Shown: positions 36,895-50,344 of the stretch, piece after piece
How the letters are laid out: each line of letters begins with the position of its first letter
Position numbering within the stretch: the first letter of the stretch is position 1
Assembly (NCBI RefSeq): GCF_006345805.1
Contig: NC_042998.1
Coordinates: forward strand, 207,142,001 to 207,206,000
Length of the DNA stretch: 64,000 bases
From: Octopus sinensis
Lineage: Eukaryota
Reading direction: 5' to 3'
Program-made: the position numbers and the translations under genes
Notes under the pieces: generated by a model
Told to the model about the DNA's origin: nothing
Seen by the model: only the letters and a program-made list of their open reading frames with translations
The model's database searches: none

Positions 36895-36970
36895 TCACTT
36901 AATGACGTCAAAACATAAATACGGCTTTAAGTGTATAAAGGGGCGGGGGTGGGCGGCTAATGCGCAGAGG
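36895..36970. promoter_or_regulatory. Candidate promoter: CRE + GC boxes
   Basis: TGACGTCA 36903-36910, GGGGCGGGG 36940-36948, GGGCGG 36951-36956, TGCGCA 36961-36966, in unique sequence. Confidence 0.35.
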
Positions 36971-37147
36971 GTGCAGTGAACAAACTGTCGTCTACATTAC
37001 GCAGAAATGAAAACAATACTGACATCTCAGTCTAACAGATATATTTACCGAAATTACAGAAAAATATCTTGAAATACTAAAGAGTAAATCTATTCAATAA
37101 AATCACCATGGGCCTCAACCACAGCCTCCCGATGACTTTGGAATTAC

Positions 37148-37870
37148 TTGTGGGTTGTAATCGACCCCGAAAGGATGAAAGGCAAAGTCGACCTCGGCGG
37201 AATTTGAACTCAGAACGTAGCGGCAGACGAAATACCACTAAGCATTTCGCCCAACGTGCTAACGTTTCTTATTTCTTTATTGCCCACAAGGGGCTAAACA
37301 CAGAGGGGACAAACAAGGACAGACAAACGCATTAAGTCGATTACATCGACCCCAGTGCGTAACTGGTACTTATTTAATCGACCCTGAAAGGATGAAAGGC
37401 AAAGTCAACCTCGGCGGAATTTGAACTCAGAACGTAGCAGCAGACAAAATACCTTTTTCTTTACTACCCACAAGGGGCTAAACACAGAGGGGACAAACAA
37501 GGACAGACAAACGCATTAAGTCGATTACATCGACCCCAGTGCGTAACTGGTACTTATTTAATCGACCCTGAAAGGATGAAAGGCAAAGTCAACCGCGGCG
37601 GAATTTGAACTCAGAACGTAGCAGCAGACAAAATACCTTTTTCTTTACTACCCACAAGGGGCTAAACACAGAGAGGACAAACAAGGACAGACAAACAGAT
37701 AAAGTCGATTATATCGACCCCAGTGTGTAACTGGTACTTATTTAATTGACCCCGAAAGGATGAAAGGCAAAGTCGACCTCGGTGGAATTTGAACTCAGAA
37801 TGTAGCGGCAGACGAAATACCGCTAAGCATTTCGCCCAACGTGCTAACGTTTCTGCCAGCTCACCACCTT
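37148..37870 (-). mobile_element. SINE-M tetramer
   Basis: Spacings of 217, 184 and 184 bp between box B motifs. Confidence 0.92.
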
Positions 37871-38149
37871 CTTGTTTGTTTTGCGGTTTGGTTCCATTAT
37901 ATGGTGCTTTGGTTGTATGTCGTGTCTTGGGAGTCCTTGTTCAAAAGGCCATTTGTTGCTGCCCATCCTCTTCTAATTAAAACCATTCGATAAATAAAAG
38001 AATGCAGGCAACAAGAACCTGTAACTTGATAAGCTACTTAAAGGGGGGAAGATTAGCAAGTCAAATGAGTTCCAGACAAATTGTTCTTTTATTTCTTGAT
38101 TTCTATGAAAGGACTCTGCATTCACAATTCTGCTGGTAAGTCTATAACT

Positions 38150-38780
38150 ACATCACTAACAATATATATTAGCAACAGAGGAAGTACTACTATTGAGAGG
38201 TGATGTTTGTCCCCACTGAAAAATGGGTGTTGTATTAGAACAGACTATACTGCGGTAGATTCCATGAGAGATACTCTCATATTGGCTTTTGGGGCAAAAT
38301 GCACTTTTGCTTATGTTGCCAATGGGAAGATAAATCCCTGCCATCTTCAGTGCTGAGACCATCAGATCATGTGATACTGACCAGCCCTGGTCTTGTCAAT
38401 GATGGATGCTTGACTACTAGAGATAACAGCGACTCGTTTGCCTGCCAGCGATATATAGAAAAGCAGTACCGGAACAGGTTGAAGAGTCTGTCATCAGTTC
38501 TGAATCTGATCTTGATGCCGATTGCATCGTCATTGCAGAAGTCATCCGACAGCATATTTGAGCACATCATGCTGAACAGCATAGATGCAAGGACACAGCC
38601 CTGCTTGGCAAAGCACCACCAACAGAGGTGCCACCTCCTATGAGCAAAACAGGAATGCAAGGGAATAGAGAGAATGCAAACTATGCATGTCCAGGGCCAA
38701 CTCCTTGCTTTCGGTCCCAACAGATGACCATGGCCCGACCTGCAGCAGGGCCTTTCGAGCATCAAGTTGATTAGGCCAGA
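38150..38780 (-). mobile_element. RTE (BovB-like) reverse transcriptase remnant
   Basis: AKQGCVLASMLFSMMCSNMLSDDFCNDDAIGIKIRFRTDDRLFNL matches VKQGCVLAPTLFS...GIxIRYRTDGxLFNL; ISKSAF...GIYRSIV follows downstream. Confidence 0.88.
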
Positions 38781-38864
38781 CACATCATGTCCTGTTTTCT
38801 TCTCTCATCTCATGTCATTGATCTGTGTTGACAACAATGGACAAGCTAATAGTCCTTTCTATCA

Positions 38865-39520
38865 TACAATGGGCACAAGGCCTGAAATTATCAAGGTGGG
38901 GACTAGTGAATTACTTCGACCCCAGTACTCAACTGGTACTTATTTTATCGACCCCGAAAGGACGAGAGGCAAAGTTGACCTCAGTGGAATTTGAACTCGG
39001 AATGTAAAGACAGACAAAGTACCACTTAGTATTTTTCCCAACATGCTAATCGTTCTGCCAGGTCACTGCCCTAATGATTGAACTGATAATAATAAGGAAA
39101 ACCAGTTTTATCTACTGAAACCTTTTGATACTGGAGACCACCCTTGGTGTTCTGATTGAACTCCCTCTTTGATAGTCGTTTAAATCAAACTTTTCATTGA
39201 AATTTCAAATCAATTTATGTTCCAAACACCAGATTAATAATAATAATAACCACCACCACCACCACTCATTGCCATTATGGTTGTGGCCATTGTTCTTGCT
39301 CACTGGAAACTCCACCGGTTACAGATTTTGTCTGCCGTTACGTTCCCTAGTTCAAATTCCACCAAGGTCGACTTTGCCTTTCATCCTTTCGGGGTCGATA
39401 AATTAAGTACCAGTTACGCACTGGGGTCGATGTAATCGACTTAATCTCTTTGTCTGTCCTTGTTTGTCCCCTCTGTGATTAGCCCCTTGTGGGCAATAAA
39501 GAAATAAGAAATAAGAAACC
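38865..39520. mobile_element. Two SINE-M copies in divergent orientation (38865-39070 -, 39325-39520 +)
   Basis: Family motifs on opposite strands. Confidence 0.85.
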
Positions 39521-40417
39521 CATGAAGGTGCTGCCCCAGTATGGTCGCAGTCCAGTGAATGAAACGGAGTAAAAGAAGAGAAGAGATAAAACAAAACCTG
39601 ATTGGTGTCATTGGTAATGGAGACATTCAGTGTTCGACATTGAAATAAAAGGCATTGTTGATAATGAAATAAGATAACGAGGGAAGATGTAAGAAAGACA
39701 TTCTGGAAGTTACTAACGAGGAGACAGAGACAGAAAGAAAAAGAAAGAAAGAAAGAAGGAGGAAGGCAATGAAAAGAGAAAGAAAGAGCAGGGGAGCAAT
39801 TAGTGATACAGAAATAAAAGAGTGTGTGTGTGTGTTTTTAATGACAGTCTTGTTTTAAATTCTGTATTCATTGTGTGTGTGTGTATATATGAGTCTACGT
39901 ATATATAACCCAATCTATATAAATTGCGATGACGTAATGTGCTTGTATGAGCTGAGATAGAGATGGAGTTCATTTTAATCACCTCCCATCCTACAGAGGG
40001 ATGGGAATCGATTAAGAAGGCCACAGATGCACTTTTGACACCAGTTATATCTACCTACACACACACACACACACTGTTAATTGGTTTAGTCATAGGAAAG
40101 GCATCTTGCCAAAGGAACCAAGCGCAAAAGGAAACTCGTGAATGAGATGTGACCATACACACATACACTCTTTTATTCGCTTCAGTCATTTGACTGTGGC
40201 CATGCTGGAGCACTGCCGTTAGTCGACCAAATTGACCCCAGGACTTATTCTTTGTAAGCCTAGTACTTATTCTATTGGTTAACTTTTGCTGAGCCACTAG
40301 ATTACGGTGATGTAAACACTCCAGCATTGGTTGTCAAGCGATGTTGGGGGAACAAACACAGACAAACAAAGATATACATACATACATACATATATATATA
40401 TATGATGGGCTTACATG

Positions 40418-40466
<49 letters not shown>

Positions 40467-40477
40467 TATATATATAT

Positions 40478-40630
40478 ACCGGAGTAAACACATAAATGTG
40501 AAACAAGCTGGGAAAAAGAGTACTCAAATACCAGTGGCAGAGTAATATGCTTTATTTAAAAGTAGCAGAAAATTCAACAAAGCCTGTAACTCTGAGTTTC
40601 ATGTTCCCGTTCGTCGGACAGTTTTTGCTA
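40478..40630 (-). mobile_element. Penelope-like terminal fragment with hammerhead motif (40584-40621)
   Basis: Minus strand CTGT CCGACGA ACGGGAACAT GAAAC TCAGA GTT ACAG: stem I CTGT/ACAG, core with U4C change, stem III ACT/AGT. Confidence 0.6.
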
Positions 40631-40974
40631 GAACAACATATATATATATATACACACACACATATCTATCTATCTATCTATCTATCTATACATATGGATA
40701 TATATATATATGAATATAGATATATCATCATCATCCTTTCATGTTCGTTTTCCAATGTCGGCATGAGGTGGACAGTTTGAGAGCTGGTAAAGCCAGGAAC
40801 TACACCAGGCTCTGTTTGTCTGTTTTGGTATGGTTCCTACAGCTGGACACCCTTCCTAAAACCAACATCTTTACAGTGTGTGCTGGGTGCTTTCAACATG
40901 TCATTGGCACAAGTCTTTCTTGTGGTGCCAACAGAAAACTCTTGCAGGCCAGTCCTCTTCACCATGGCATCATA

Positions 40975-41134
40975 CAGTGTTGTCCACAAAATTTTTTGTT
41001 GCATATCAATATATTATAATAATATTTTTAGTGTTTTTAATGATATTAATAGTTTTATTAAAGTTATATTATCTAGTTTCTCTTGTAATTTTAATAATTT
41101 TTTCTGTTTGCCAAATGACTTTGTGGACACCCTG
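40975..41134. mobile_element. Tc1/mariner-type MITE
   Basis: TA-CAGTGTTGTCCACAAA ... TTTGTGGACACCCTG terminal inverted repeats with an AT-rich interior. Confidence 0.55.
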
Positions 41135-41819
41135 TTTACCGTCGTCATCGTCGTTGTTGTCCATCAAACATCTGTTGTCCATGCTGGTATGAGTTGGACA
41201 GTTTGACCGGGCTGGCATGCAAGAAGGCTGCACCAGACTCTAGTCTGATTTGGCATGGTTTTTCTACAGCTGGATGCCCTTCTTAATGCCAACCACTCCA
41301 AGAGTGTAACGGGTGCTTTTACGTGCCACCGGCATGGGTGCCATTTCCATGACACTGGTATCTGCCATGACTGTGATTTTGCTCAGCTTGATGGGTCTTC
41401 TTCTCAAGCATGACATAATGCCAAATGGACTTGGCCATTGCCTCTGTGAGGCCCAAGGAGGTAGAGTTTTGAGTAATTATTCATTTCCACTCAAGCACCT
41501 GTCCTCCTCGAACTACCTTTCACATACTAGTACCAGTAATACACTGGTACTAGTTGACTGGATCTGAAACTTTTGTGTAGACGTAAGCAATCAATATAGT
41601 AATTATTGAACACTGATGAATGGATCTTTGCTTAAGAAAACTATTTCCATTAATGTCAATTAAAGACAAAAGCATCAACACAATGGAATGGAAATGCAGC
41701 CACACCTGTGTACAAGGACAAAAGCCTGATTAAAAGATTGTTGCTGTTGTGGCTGTTGTAATCATGTACGGTATAATGTAATTTAATATTAGCTAGAGAA
41801 TAAATATGAAGTACAGAGG

Positions 41820-42962
41820 GCCAGGTGTGGCTGTGGGGTAGAAACTTTGCTTCCCAACCACAGGGTTTTCAGTTCAGTCCCATTGCAGGGCATCTTGGGA
41901 GTGGATTTGCGAGAGAGAAACTGAAAGAAGCCCATCATATATGTGTGTGCTTGTGTATCGTTGTATGCACCCCCACCCCACTGATTGACAACTGGTGTTG
42001 GTGGTTTTATGACCTCATAACTTAGTGGTTCATCAAAAGATACTAATAGAATAAGTACCAGGCTTAAATAAAAAAAAAAAAAAAGTAAGTCCCAGGAGGT
42101 CAATTTGTTCAATTAAAATTCTTTAAGGTGATGTCCCACCATGGCCACATTCTTATGACTGAAACAAGGAAACAACACACACACACACCTTTAAATTGTT
42201 GTAATATCCCAAGTTAGCCCCTGATCATGTAGGCCTAAAGCATTCTAGCTATGACTATCTCCAGGTTCAATTCCACTGCATGGCACCTTGGCAAATGTTG
42301 TCTTCTTCTATAGACTCGGGCTGACCAAAGCCTTGTGAATGGATTTGCTTGACGGAAACTTTCATCCTTTTGGTGGTTGATGAAATAAGTACCAGTTGTG
42401 CACTGGGGGTCAATGTAACGGTAGGGAGTGAGAATGTATGTGTGTGAGTGTAAAAGGGTGTGTGTATTTGTTAGAAGAGAGAGTGTAGTTGTATTCTTTT
42501 GTTTTTTTTCTTTAACTTGTTTCAATTATTTGACTGTGGCCATGCTGTAGCACTGTCTTTAGTCAAATAAACTGACCCCATGACTTATTCTTAGTAAGCC
42601 TAGTGCTTATCCTAACGAGGCTGACTTAGGATATTACAACAATTTAAAGGTGTGTGTGTGTGTGTGTTAGTTGTTTCCTTGTTTCAGTCATAAGAATGTG
42701 GCCATGGTGGGACATCACCTTAAAGAATTTTAGTTGAACAAATTCACCTCCTAGGACTTACTTTACCGATAATTTATGGGGACATAAACACACCAATATA
42801 CGACGGGCTTCTTTCAGTTTCTGTCTACCAAATCCACTCACAAGGCTTTGGTCGGCCGAGGCTATAGTAGAAGACACTTGCCCAAGGTGCCACAAAGTGG
42901 GACTGAACCCGGAACCATGTGGTTGGTAAGCAAGCTTCTTACCAGACAGCCACGTCTGTGCC

Positions 42963-42998
<36 letters not shown>

Positions 42999-43840
42999 AT
43001 ATATATATGAAATTGAGAGAACAATTAAAGAAACAAGAATAGAAATGGTACGGAACCAAAGAAAGAGTTTAAAAGTCAAGTGGAAGAGGAAGAACTGAAT
43101 GACTGTGGAGGAAGAGAAATGGGGTGGTGGTAAAGAACTGAGATGATGGTGGTACCAGCAATTAGGGAGAGAGTGAGAGAGAGAGAGAGTGGGGATTTGA
43201 GTTCAATGAAATAAAATCTTAATGATAAGACAGGACTCTCCTGACATCTGCATTAATTAGGGGAGCCAATTAGGGGGCCTGCATTTGGCAATCTGCTAGA
43301 AGTAGCAGACAAATTACCATCTGCTTAAAAGACCAGTCTTAAAAATAAAACAAGGAAATAATCAGTGTTGTTGTCCTCAATACATTACATCTGAAAGAGA
43401 GAAAGGAGAGATAGTCATGGCTGGAATGCTTTAGGCCTACATGATCAGGGGCTGACTTGGGATATTACAACAATTTAAAGGTGTGTGTGTGTGTGTTTGT
43501 TGTTTCCTTGTTTCAGTCATAAGAATGTGGCCATGGTGGGACATCACCTTAAAGAATTTTAATTGAACAATTTGACCTCCTGGGACTTACTTTTCTTTAT
43601 TTTTATTTAAGCCTGGTACTTATTCTATTAGTATCTTTTGATGAACCACTAACACAGACAACTTCAGCTTTATATATATATATAAATGATGGACTTCTTT
43701 CAGTTTTCTCTTACCTAATCCACTCACAAGGCTTCGGTTGGTTTGGGGTTGTAGAAAAAGACACAAGCCCAGGGTGCCAAGCAGAGGGACTGAACCGAGA
43801 AACCGCATGGTTGGAAAGCATGCTTCATCACTCCACAGCC
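41820..43840. mobile_element. Rearranged cluster of SINE-A and family C pieces
   Basis: The same C-tail/(GT)n/A-tail junction occurs at 42082-42261 (inverted), 42619-42764 and 43408-43593. Confidence 0.85.
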
Positions 43841-44349
43841 GAACCCATGTATTGCTGAGTAAAGAAAGACATTATCACATTATCCAGTGTGTTGCTCTTT
43901 CTTGAAGACAGTACAATGTGACTCAAGCGTAATTTGGTTGCTATTTCTAGTACTCTGAGTAAACACCATAAAGACCCTTCCCACCTCGTGGTTTCATAAA
44001 CACTCCAAGGTGATCTATAATGCCAATGGTTAGAATCAATCTAATCAATATGTGTAGGTGTAAATATGCAGATATAAATGTTTACGTTGTGTACGTATGT
44101 GTGTACGTGTGTGTGTGCGCGTACACACACACACACGGACACACACACACACACACACATACACACACGAGTGCTGACATTTTCACCTTGTTCTTGGAAT
44201 CTTGATAGCTTCTTCTGAAGTGTTTTATAGAGATTTTCAGTGAAACCAACAACTGTTACTAATTATAACCAAACTCGCTGCAAGTATACAGAACTACACC
44301 ACACACACATAAACACAGATGTATATACACATTACCAATAAGTGCTACA

Positions 44350-44386
44350 CACACATACGTATGTGTGTGTGTGTGCATATGTATAC

Positions 44387-44440
<54 letters not shown>

Positions 44441-44664
44441 GTGTGTGTGTATATATATATATATATGTGTGTGTATATATATATATATATGTGTGTGTGT
44501 GTATATATATATATATATGTGTGTGTATATATATATATGTGTGTGTGTGTGTATATATATATATATGTGTGTGTGTATATATATATATATATGTGTGTGT
44601 ATATATATATATATATGTGTGTGTGTATATATATATAATATGTGTGTGTGTATATATATATATA

Positions 44665-44727
<63 letters not shown>
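44350..44727. repeat. (TG)n(TA)n compound microsatellite
   Basis: Seen directly. Confidence 0.97.
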
Positions 44728-44728
<1 letters not shown>

Positions 44729-44924
44729 TTACTGGTATTTAGTTGATTATGATAAGGTGAAAGCCACTTCACGAATCTGACGGTAGGAAGGTGCATCCAT
44801 ATGAAACCTATGGTGTCAGCATTTAGCATCAGATTGAAGGAAGAAAATGAAGTGAAAGACCTCGAATGGCTCTGAAGTAGAGGTTTATGTTTTTATCGGG
44901 AATACCATTTTCTTTTATTCTTTT

Positions 44925-45182
44925 ATACTATTACTTGCTTCAGTCATTTGACTGTGGCCATGCTGGAGCACCACCTTTAGTCGGACAAATCGACCCCAGG
45001 ACTTATTCTCTGTAAGTCTAGTACTTATTCAATCAGTCTCTTTTGCCAAACCGCCAGATTACGGGGACGTAAACACAATAACATCAGTGTCAAGTGATGG
45101 TGGGGGACAAACACAAACACACAAATATATACATACATACATACGTATATACATATGTGTGTGTGTGCATATATATATATAT

Positions 45183-45213
<31 letters not shown>

Positions 45214-45690
45214 CATACATATACATACATCATCATCATCATCATCATCATCGTTTAACGTCCACTTTCCATGCTAGCATGGGTTGGACTATTTGACTGA
45301 GGTCAGGCAAACCAGACTCCAATCTGATCTGGCAGAGTTTCTACAGCTGGATGCCCTTCCTAACGCCAACTACTCTGAGAGGGTAGTGGATGCTTTTATG
45401 TGCCACCGGCACTAGGGCCAGTCAAGCGGTACTGGCAACGGCCACGCTCAAATGGTGCTTTTTACGTGCCACCTGCACAGGAGTCAGTCCAGTGGCACTG
45501 GCGATGACCTCGATACATACATACATACATATATATACGATGGGCTTCTTTCAGTTTCTGTCTACCATATCTATTCACAAACTTTTGGTCGGCGTCAGGC
45601 TATAATATAAGACATTTGCTCAAGGTACCATGCAGTGGGATTGAACCTGGAACCATGTGGTTGGGAAGCTAGCTTCTTACTACACAGCCC
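44925..45690 (-). mobile_element. SINE-A with an RTE 3' UTR copy (45225-45510) nested in its internal microsatellite
   Basis: The tail (44925-45130) and head (45535-45690) are collinear around the insert. Confidence 0.8.
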
Positions 45691-47679
45691 CTCTTGTATA
45701 TGCTAGTTGAAAATCTCACCTGAGGCTTCCCTATAGGTAGGCCCTCTGTCTCTCTCACTGACAGTCTCTATCTTTCTCTCTCTCTCTTCCACTTTCCTTC
45801 TCTTCATTGCCCTACTGGGGTAGCTATACATCTCTTCAGTGCTAAGACAGATAACTCTGCCCTCCCTCTATCATACTCCAATCTCTAGCCTGGCACATGG
45901 CCCTTTATTTCACTTACACCCCCTCTCTCAGTTGAGACGAACTTGTCTCGCAAGCTACTTGGTGACCCGACAGGTGCTGGCACCACATGAGGAGTGCCTG
46001 TACTGACACCACATAAAATGCACCCTAACAAGCACCCATGCTGGCACCATGTAAAAAGCACTCGTTCTGGTGCCATGTAAAAAGCACCTGTGTTGGCACC
46101 ACGTAACAAGTACCCAGTACACCATATAAAATGGTTGGCATTAAGAAGGGAATCTAGCCATAGAAATCATGCCAAAATTAAGGTGGCGAGTTGGCAGAAA
46201 TATTAGCATGCCAGGCAAATTGTTTTGTGGTATTTCGTCTACTGATGTGTTCTTAGTTCAAATTCCACTGAGGTTGACTTTGCCTTTCATCCTTTCGGGG
46301 TCGATAAATTAAGTACCAGTTACGCACTGAGGTCGCTGTAATCGACTTAATCCCTTTGTCTGTCTTTGTTTATCTCCTCTATGTTTAACCCCTTGTGGGT
46401 AGTAAAGAAATAAGAAATCCTGCCAAAACAAACGACTAGAGCTTGATGCAGTTCTCTCGTTTGCCAGCTCCTGTCAGACTCTCCAACCCAGGCCATCAGG
46501 GTAAATGGATATCAAATGATGATTACACATACACACACACATGATGATGATGATGTGTAGCAATAATTAATTAGCAATAATTAATAAGCAGTAGAACACC
46601 CGTCACATGAGGTTTATGAACTACTCAGACAACTCACTAGTCATCGTTAAAACTTTCTGTCACGAAGGTGATCAGCTAATTAGTGCTGACAATTGCATGG
46701 TTGCAGCCGAGGTTGGTTTTCTTCTTTTATTCTTCAAGAACCAAGAAAACATGTACCACTCACGTACGAGGGTTAGTCTGCTTATGGGATAGTTCTTGAA
46801 ATGGGGTACATTTGCAACACCTGTAAATCATTATCATCATCATCATCGTTTAACGTCCGCTTTCCATGCTGGCATGGGTTGGACGATTTTGAGTGAGGGC
46901 TGGCGAACCAGATGGCTGCACCAGGCTCCAATCTTGATCTGGCAGAGTTTCTACAGCTGGATGCCCTTCCTAATGCCAACCACTCCAAGAGTGTAGTGGG
47001 TGCTTTTTACGTGCCACCGGCATGGGGCCAGTCAGGCAGTACTGGCAATGACCTCGCTTGAATCTTTTTACACATGCTGTTGTAGCGAACTGGCAAACTT
47101 GTTAGCATGCCAAGCAAAATGCTTAGAGGGATTTCGTCTGTCTTTACATTCTGAGTTCCAATTCTGCTGAGGTCACCTTTGTCTGTTATTCTTTCAGGGT
47201 TCATAAGATGAATACCAGTTGAGCACTGGGGTCACTGTAATTCACTTATCCCCCCCCAAAAAAAACTCGAAACAGTCATTATTATTATTATAATTATTAT
47301 TCAGTGACAGAGACAGTGCATGCCATCAAAGTGACACTGGGGTAAAATATACGAAGCCCATTATACCCATTATGACTACCCGTCTGATAAGGGTACACTA
47401 GGCACATGTATCACAACCATATGTGTGCAACATGGTGATCTCATATCAAGATTAACAGCACATGACCTTGCATGTGGGGCCCAGTTAGAATTTTTTTCAG
47501 GTCGAGTAGCCCAACCTGCTCAAAAGGTCCCTGAATAAGGTTTGTTTAAGGATGATGAACGTAACACCCATGTTTCCAGACGTGAATTATTCAAATCCCA
47601 AAGAATCCTTCTTAACACTTGACTATGATGCTCCCCCACTAATTCAGCTCATGACCAGAGATGCACACATCATCAGCCA

Positions 47680-47900
47680 TTAACCCTTTCATTACCAACC
47701 CAGCTGAAACCGGCTCTGGCTCTGTTGTACAAATGTCTTGTTTTCAAAAGTTCTGATATAAAATCTTCCACCAAGACCTTAGTCACAATTTATGTTCCTA
47801 ACACTAGCTGAAAGATATTTTAATAAATTCTTTGTTATATTTAAAGTAATTGAAAGAAACACAGAACATCTCAAAATAAATACAGTGACGAAAGGGTTAA
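47680..47900. mobile_element. piggyBac-type MITE, family 1
   Basis: TTAACCCTTTCATTAC ... GTGACGAAAGGGTTAA. Confidence 0.85.
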
Positions 47901-48214
47901 GGGACATGCTCAACCGGTTATGGTCAAACAATTGAGAAGCAAGTCTGTGGTATTGAGCGGAAATTTTGCTGTAGCCAGTCTTTTACACCAAGACTTATTG
48001 TTATTGTTATTATTGTTGGTGAGAAGAAGAAGAAGAATGAGTTTATTGTATACAGTGCCCACAAGTACAACTTGCAGGAAAAGTTCAAAAAAGGAGACAG
48101 AGCAAACTTATAAGTTGAGTAAAGAAAGACTTCAACGAAAGATAAAAGTGTCTGAAGAGAAGAGAGAATGAAGCAGAAAAAGAGAGAAAAATGAGAGAAA
48201 AATGAAGAGCAAAC

Positions 48215-48400
48215 GAGCGGGGTGGCTGTGTGGTAAGTAGCTTGCTTACGAACCACATAGCTCCGGGTTCAGTCCCACTGCGTGGCACCTTGGGCAAGTG
48301 TCTTCTACTATAGCCTCGGGCCGACCAAAGCCTTGTCGGTGGATTTGGTAGACGGAAACTGAAAAGAAGCCCATTGTATATATGTATATATACATATATT

Positions 48401-48435
<35 letters not shown>

Positions 48436-48525
48436 TACAATGGGCTTCTTTTCAGTTTCCATCTACCAATATATATATATATATATATGTATGTATATAT
48501 ATATATATATATATATACATATATA

Positions 48526-48560
<35 letters not shown>

Positions 48561-48870
48561 GTAAATATATATATATACATCATCATCATCAGCATGTGTG
48601 TATATGTATATATATATGTATACATATATATATGTGTATGTATGTATGTGTGTGTATATGTTTGTGTGTCTGGGTTTGTCCCCTCATCATCGCTTGACAA
48701 CCAATGCTGGTGTGTTTATGTCCCCGTAAACTTAGCGGTTCGGCAAAAGATACCGACAGAATAAGTACTAGGCTTACAAAGAATAAGTCACGGGGGTTGA
48801 TTTGCTCGACAAAAGGCGGTGCTCCAGCATGGCCACAGTCAAATGACTGAAACAAGTAAAAGAGTGAGAG
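48215..48870 (+). mobile_element. SINE-A with expanded internal microsatellite
   Basis: Head 48215-48376, tail 48660-48870. Confidence 0.88.
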
Positions 48871-49082
48871 ATGGGGAAGAAAAGGTGCTTGGACATGTTA
48901 AGAGAAGTGTGGACGAATTTTAGAGGAAACAGAGAATTCTTGAAAGATCCAGCTAACGACTGATGGGGGTTTTTATTCTTTGGAGACAAATTTTCTGTGA
49001 TTTTGTTAGCTTTTTGTTGTTTTTTTTTTATCTTTTCCTTAATTTTTTTTTTTTTTGCACATTTGTGTTGCTTTCGGCAAAG

Positions 49083-49211
49083 AAAAGCATTTCTAGTAAA
49101 TTCTATTGTACAAGGGATGCAACTGCTGTCGGTTGTATGTTGCACAAGCGCCGAGATTTCTGCATGGACGGCAGATGTGCAAGATGTGCAGTGAATAAAG
49201 AGATGCTGCAG
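49083..49211 (+). CDS. Candidate symmetric (phase 0-0) Cys-rich exon, unidentified
   Basis: Long poly-T tract then AG at 49081-49082; CAG|GTAGGT donor at 49211/49212; 129 nt open: KSISSKFYCTRDATAVGCMLHKRRDFCMDGRCARCAVNKEMLQ. Confidence 0.28.
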
Positions 49212-49669
49212 GTAGGTCATGGTCGGCTGTTTTTGGCCTTTTTTTTCGTTTTTAGTTTGTCGAAATATTGAAGAGGAAATAAATACATGTTGTTGTTGTT
49301 GTTGAGGATAATGCAAAAGAAATTATATGATGATGATGATGATGATGATGATGGTGCTAAAGAAAATGAAGGAGAAAGAAAAAGAGGAAAGAGATAGAAA
49401 AAAAGAAAGAAAGAAAGAATATGAGAGAAGGGGAAGATTATTGGCAATCAAAGTGTTTACATTGTCTGTGAGTGTGAGAGAAACAAACAGCCTCCATCCT
49501 GTTCTGTTGGATGCTAAAAACATCTTTAGGTTATTAAACAGAAATATTCTTCTATTAAAAACAAAAGATAAAATGTCTTTCTTTAGAATTTCCTCTTGCC
49601 ACCCACCCACCCACCAGCCTTCATGGTGCTGCTGCAGGTTCCAAGGTGCATTAACATTAGTTAAAATTC

Positions 49670-50070
49670 CTATTAATTATTATTATTATTATTATTATCA
49701 TCATCATCATCACCATCACCACCATCATTATTATTATCATTATTATTATTATTATTATTATCATCATCATCACCATCACCATCATCATCACCATCACCAT
49801 CACCACCATCATTATTATTATCATTATTATTATCATTATCATCATTATTATTATTATTATTATCATTATTATCATTATTATTATTATTATCATTATCATT
49901 ATTATTATCATTATTATTATTATTATCATTATTATTATCATTATTATTATTATCATCATTATTATTATCATTATTATTATTATCATCATTATCATCATCA
50001 TCATTATCATTATTATTATTATCATTATTATCATTATTATTATTGTTATCATTATTATTATTATTATTCT
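49670..50070. repeat. (ATT/ATC/CAC)n trinucleotide tract
   Basis: Seen directly. Confidence 0.96.
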
Positions 50071-50344
50071 ATTTTCAAATAATCTGAAGTGAGGAAGTGT
50101 TTCACAGCTGGATGCATTCAATTAAGTCAGTGAGTGAAACTATGTTACTGGAATCATTAGTTTTTAACTCAGTCATTCATCATTCATTTGTGTTTACTCA
50201 TTTGATGAAACTACAGAGTTCAGGAACCAAACAGTCAAGAACCTGTACCTCACTGTTTGACCGGCTAGATATAGCAGTCAATTCTAATTCTAACCATACC
50301 TTAGTATCTTACAAATAAAGGGCACGGCAGACAATGCTTTAGCA

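Noticed and set aside
36067-36918. Gly-rich 252-aa ORF resembling a glycine-rich structural protein, or a Thr-rich mucin on the other strand
   Set aside because: All frames are open simply because (ACC)n lacks stops; there is no signal peptide or recognisable domain.
46720-46830. Micro-exon candidates on both strands (33 nt +, 57 nt -)
   Set aside because: Short AG..GT windows with open frames are expected by chance, and there is no recognisable peptide.
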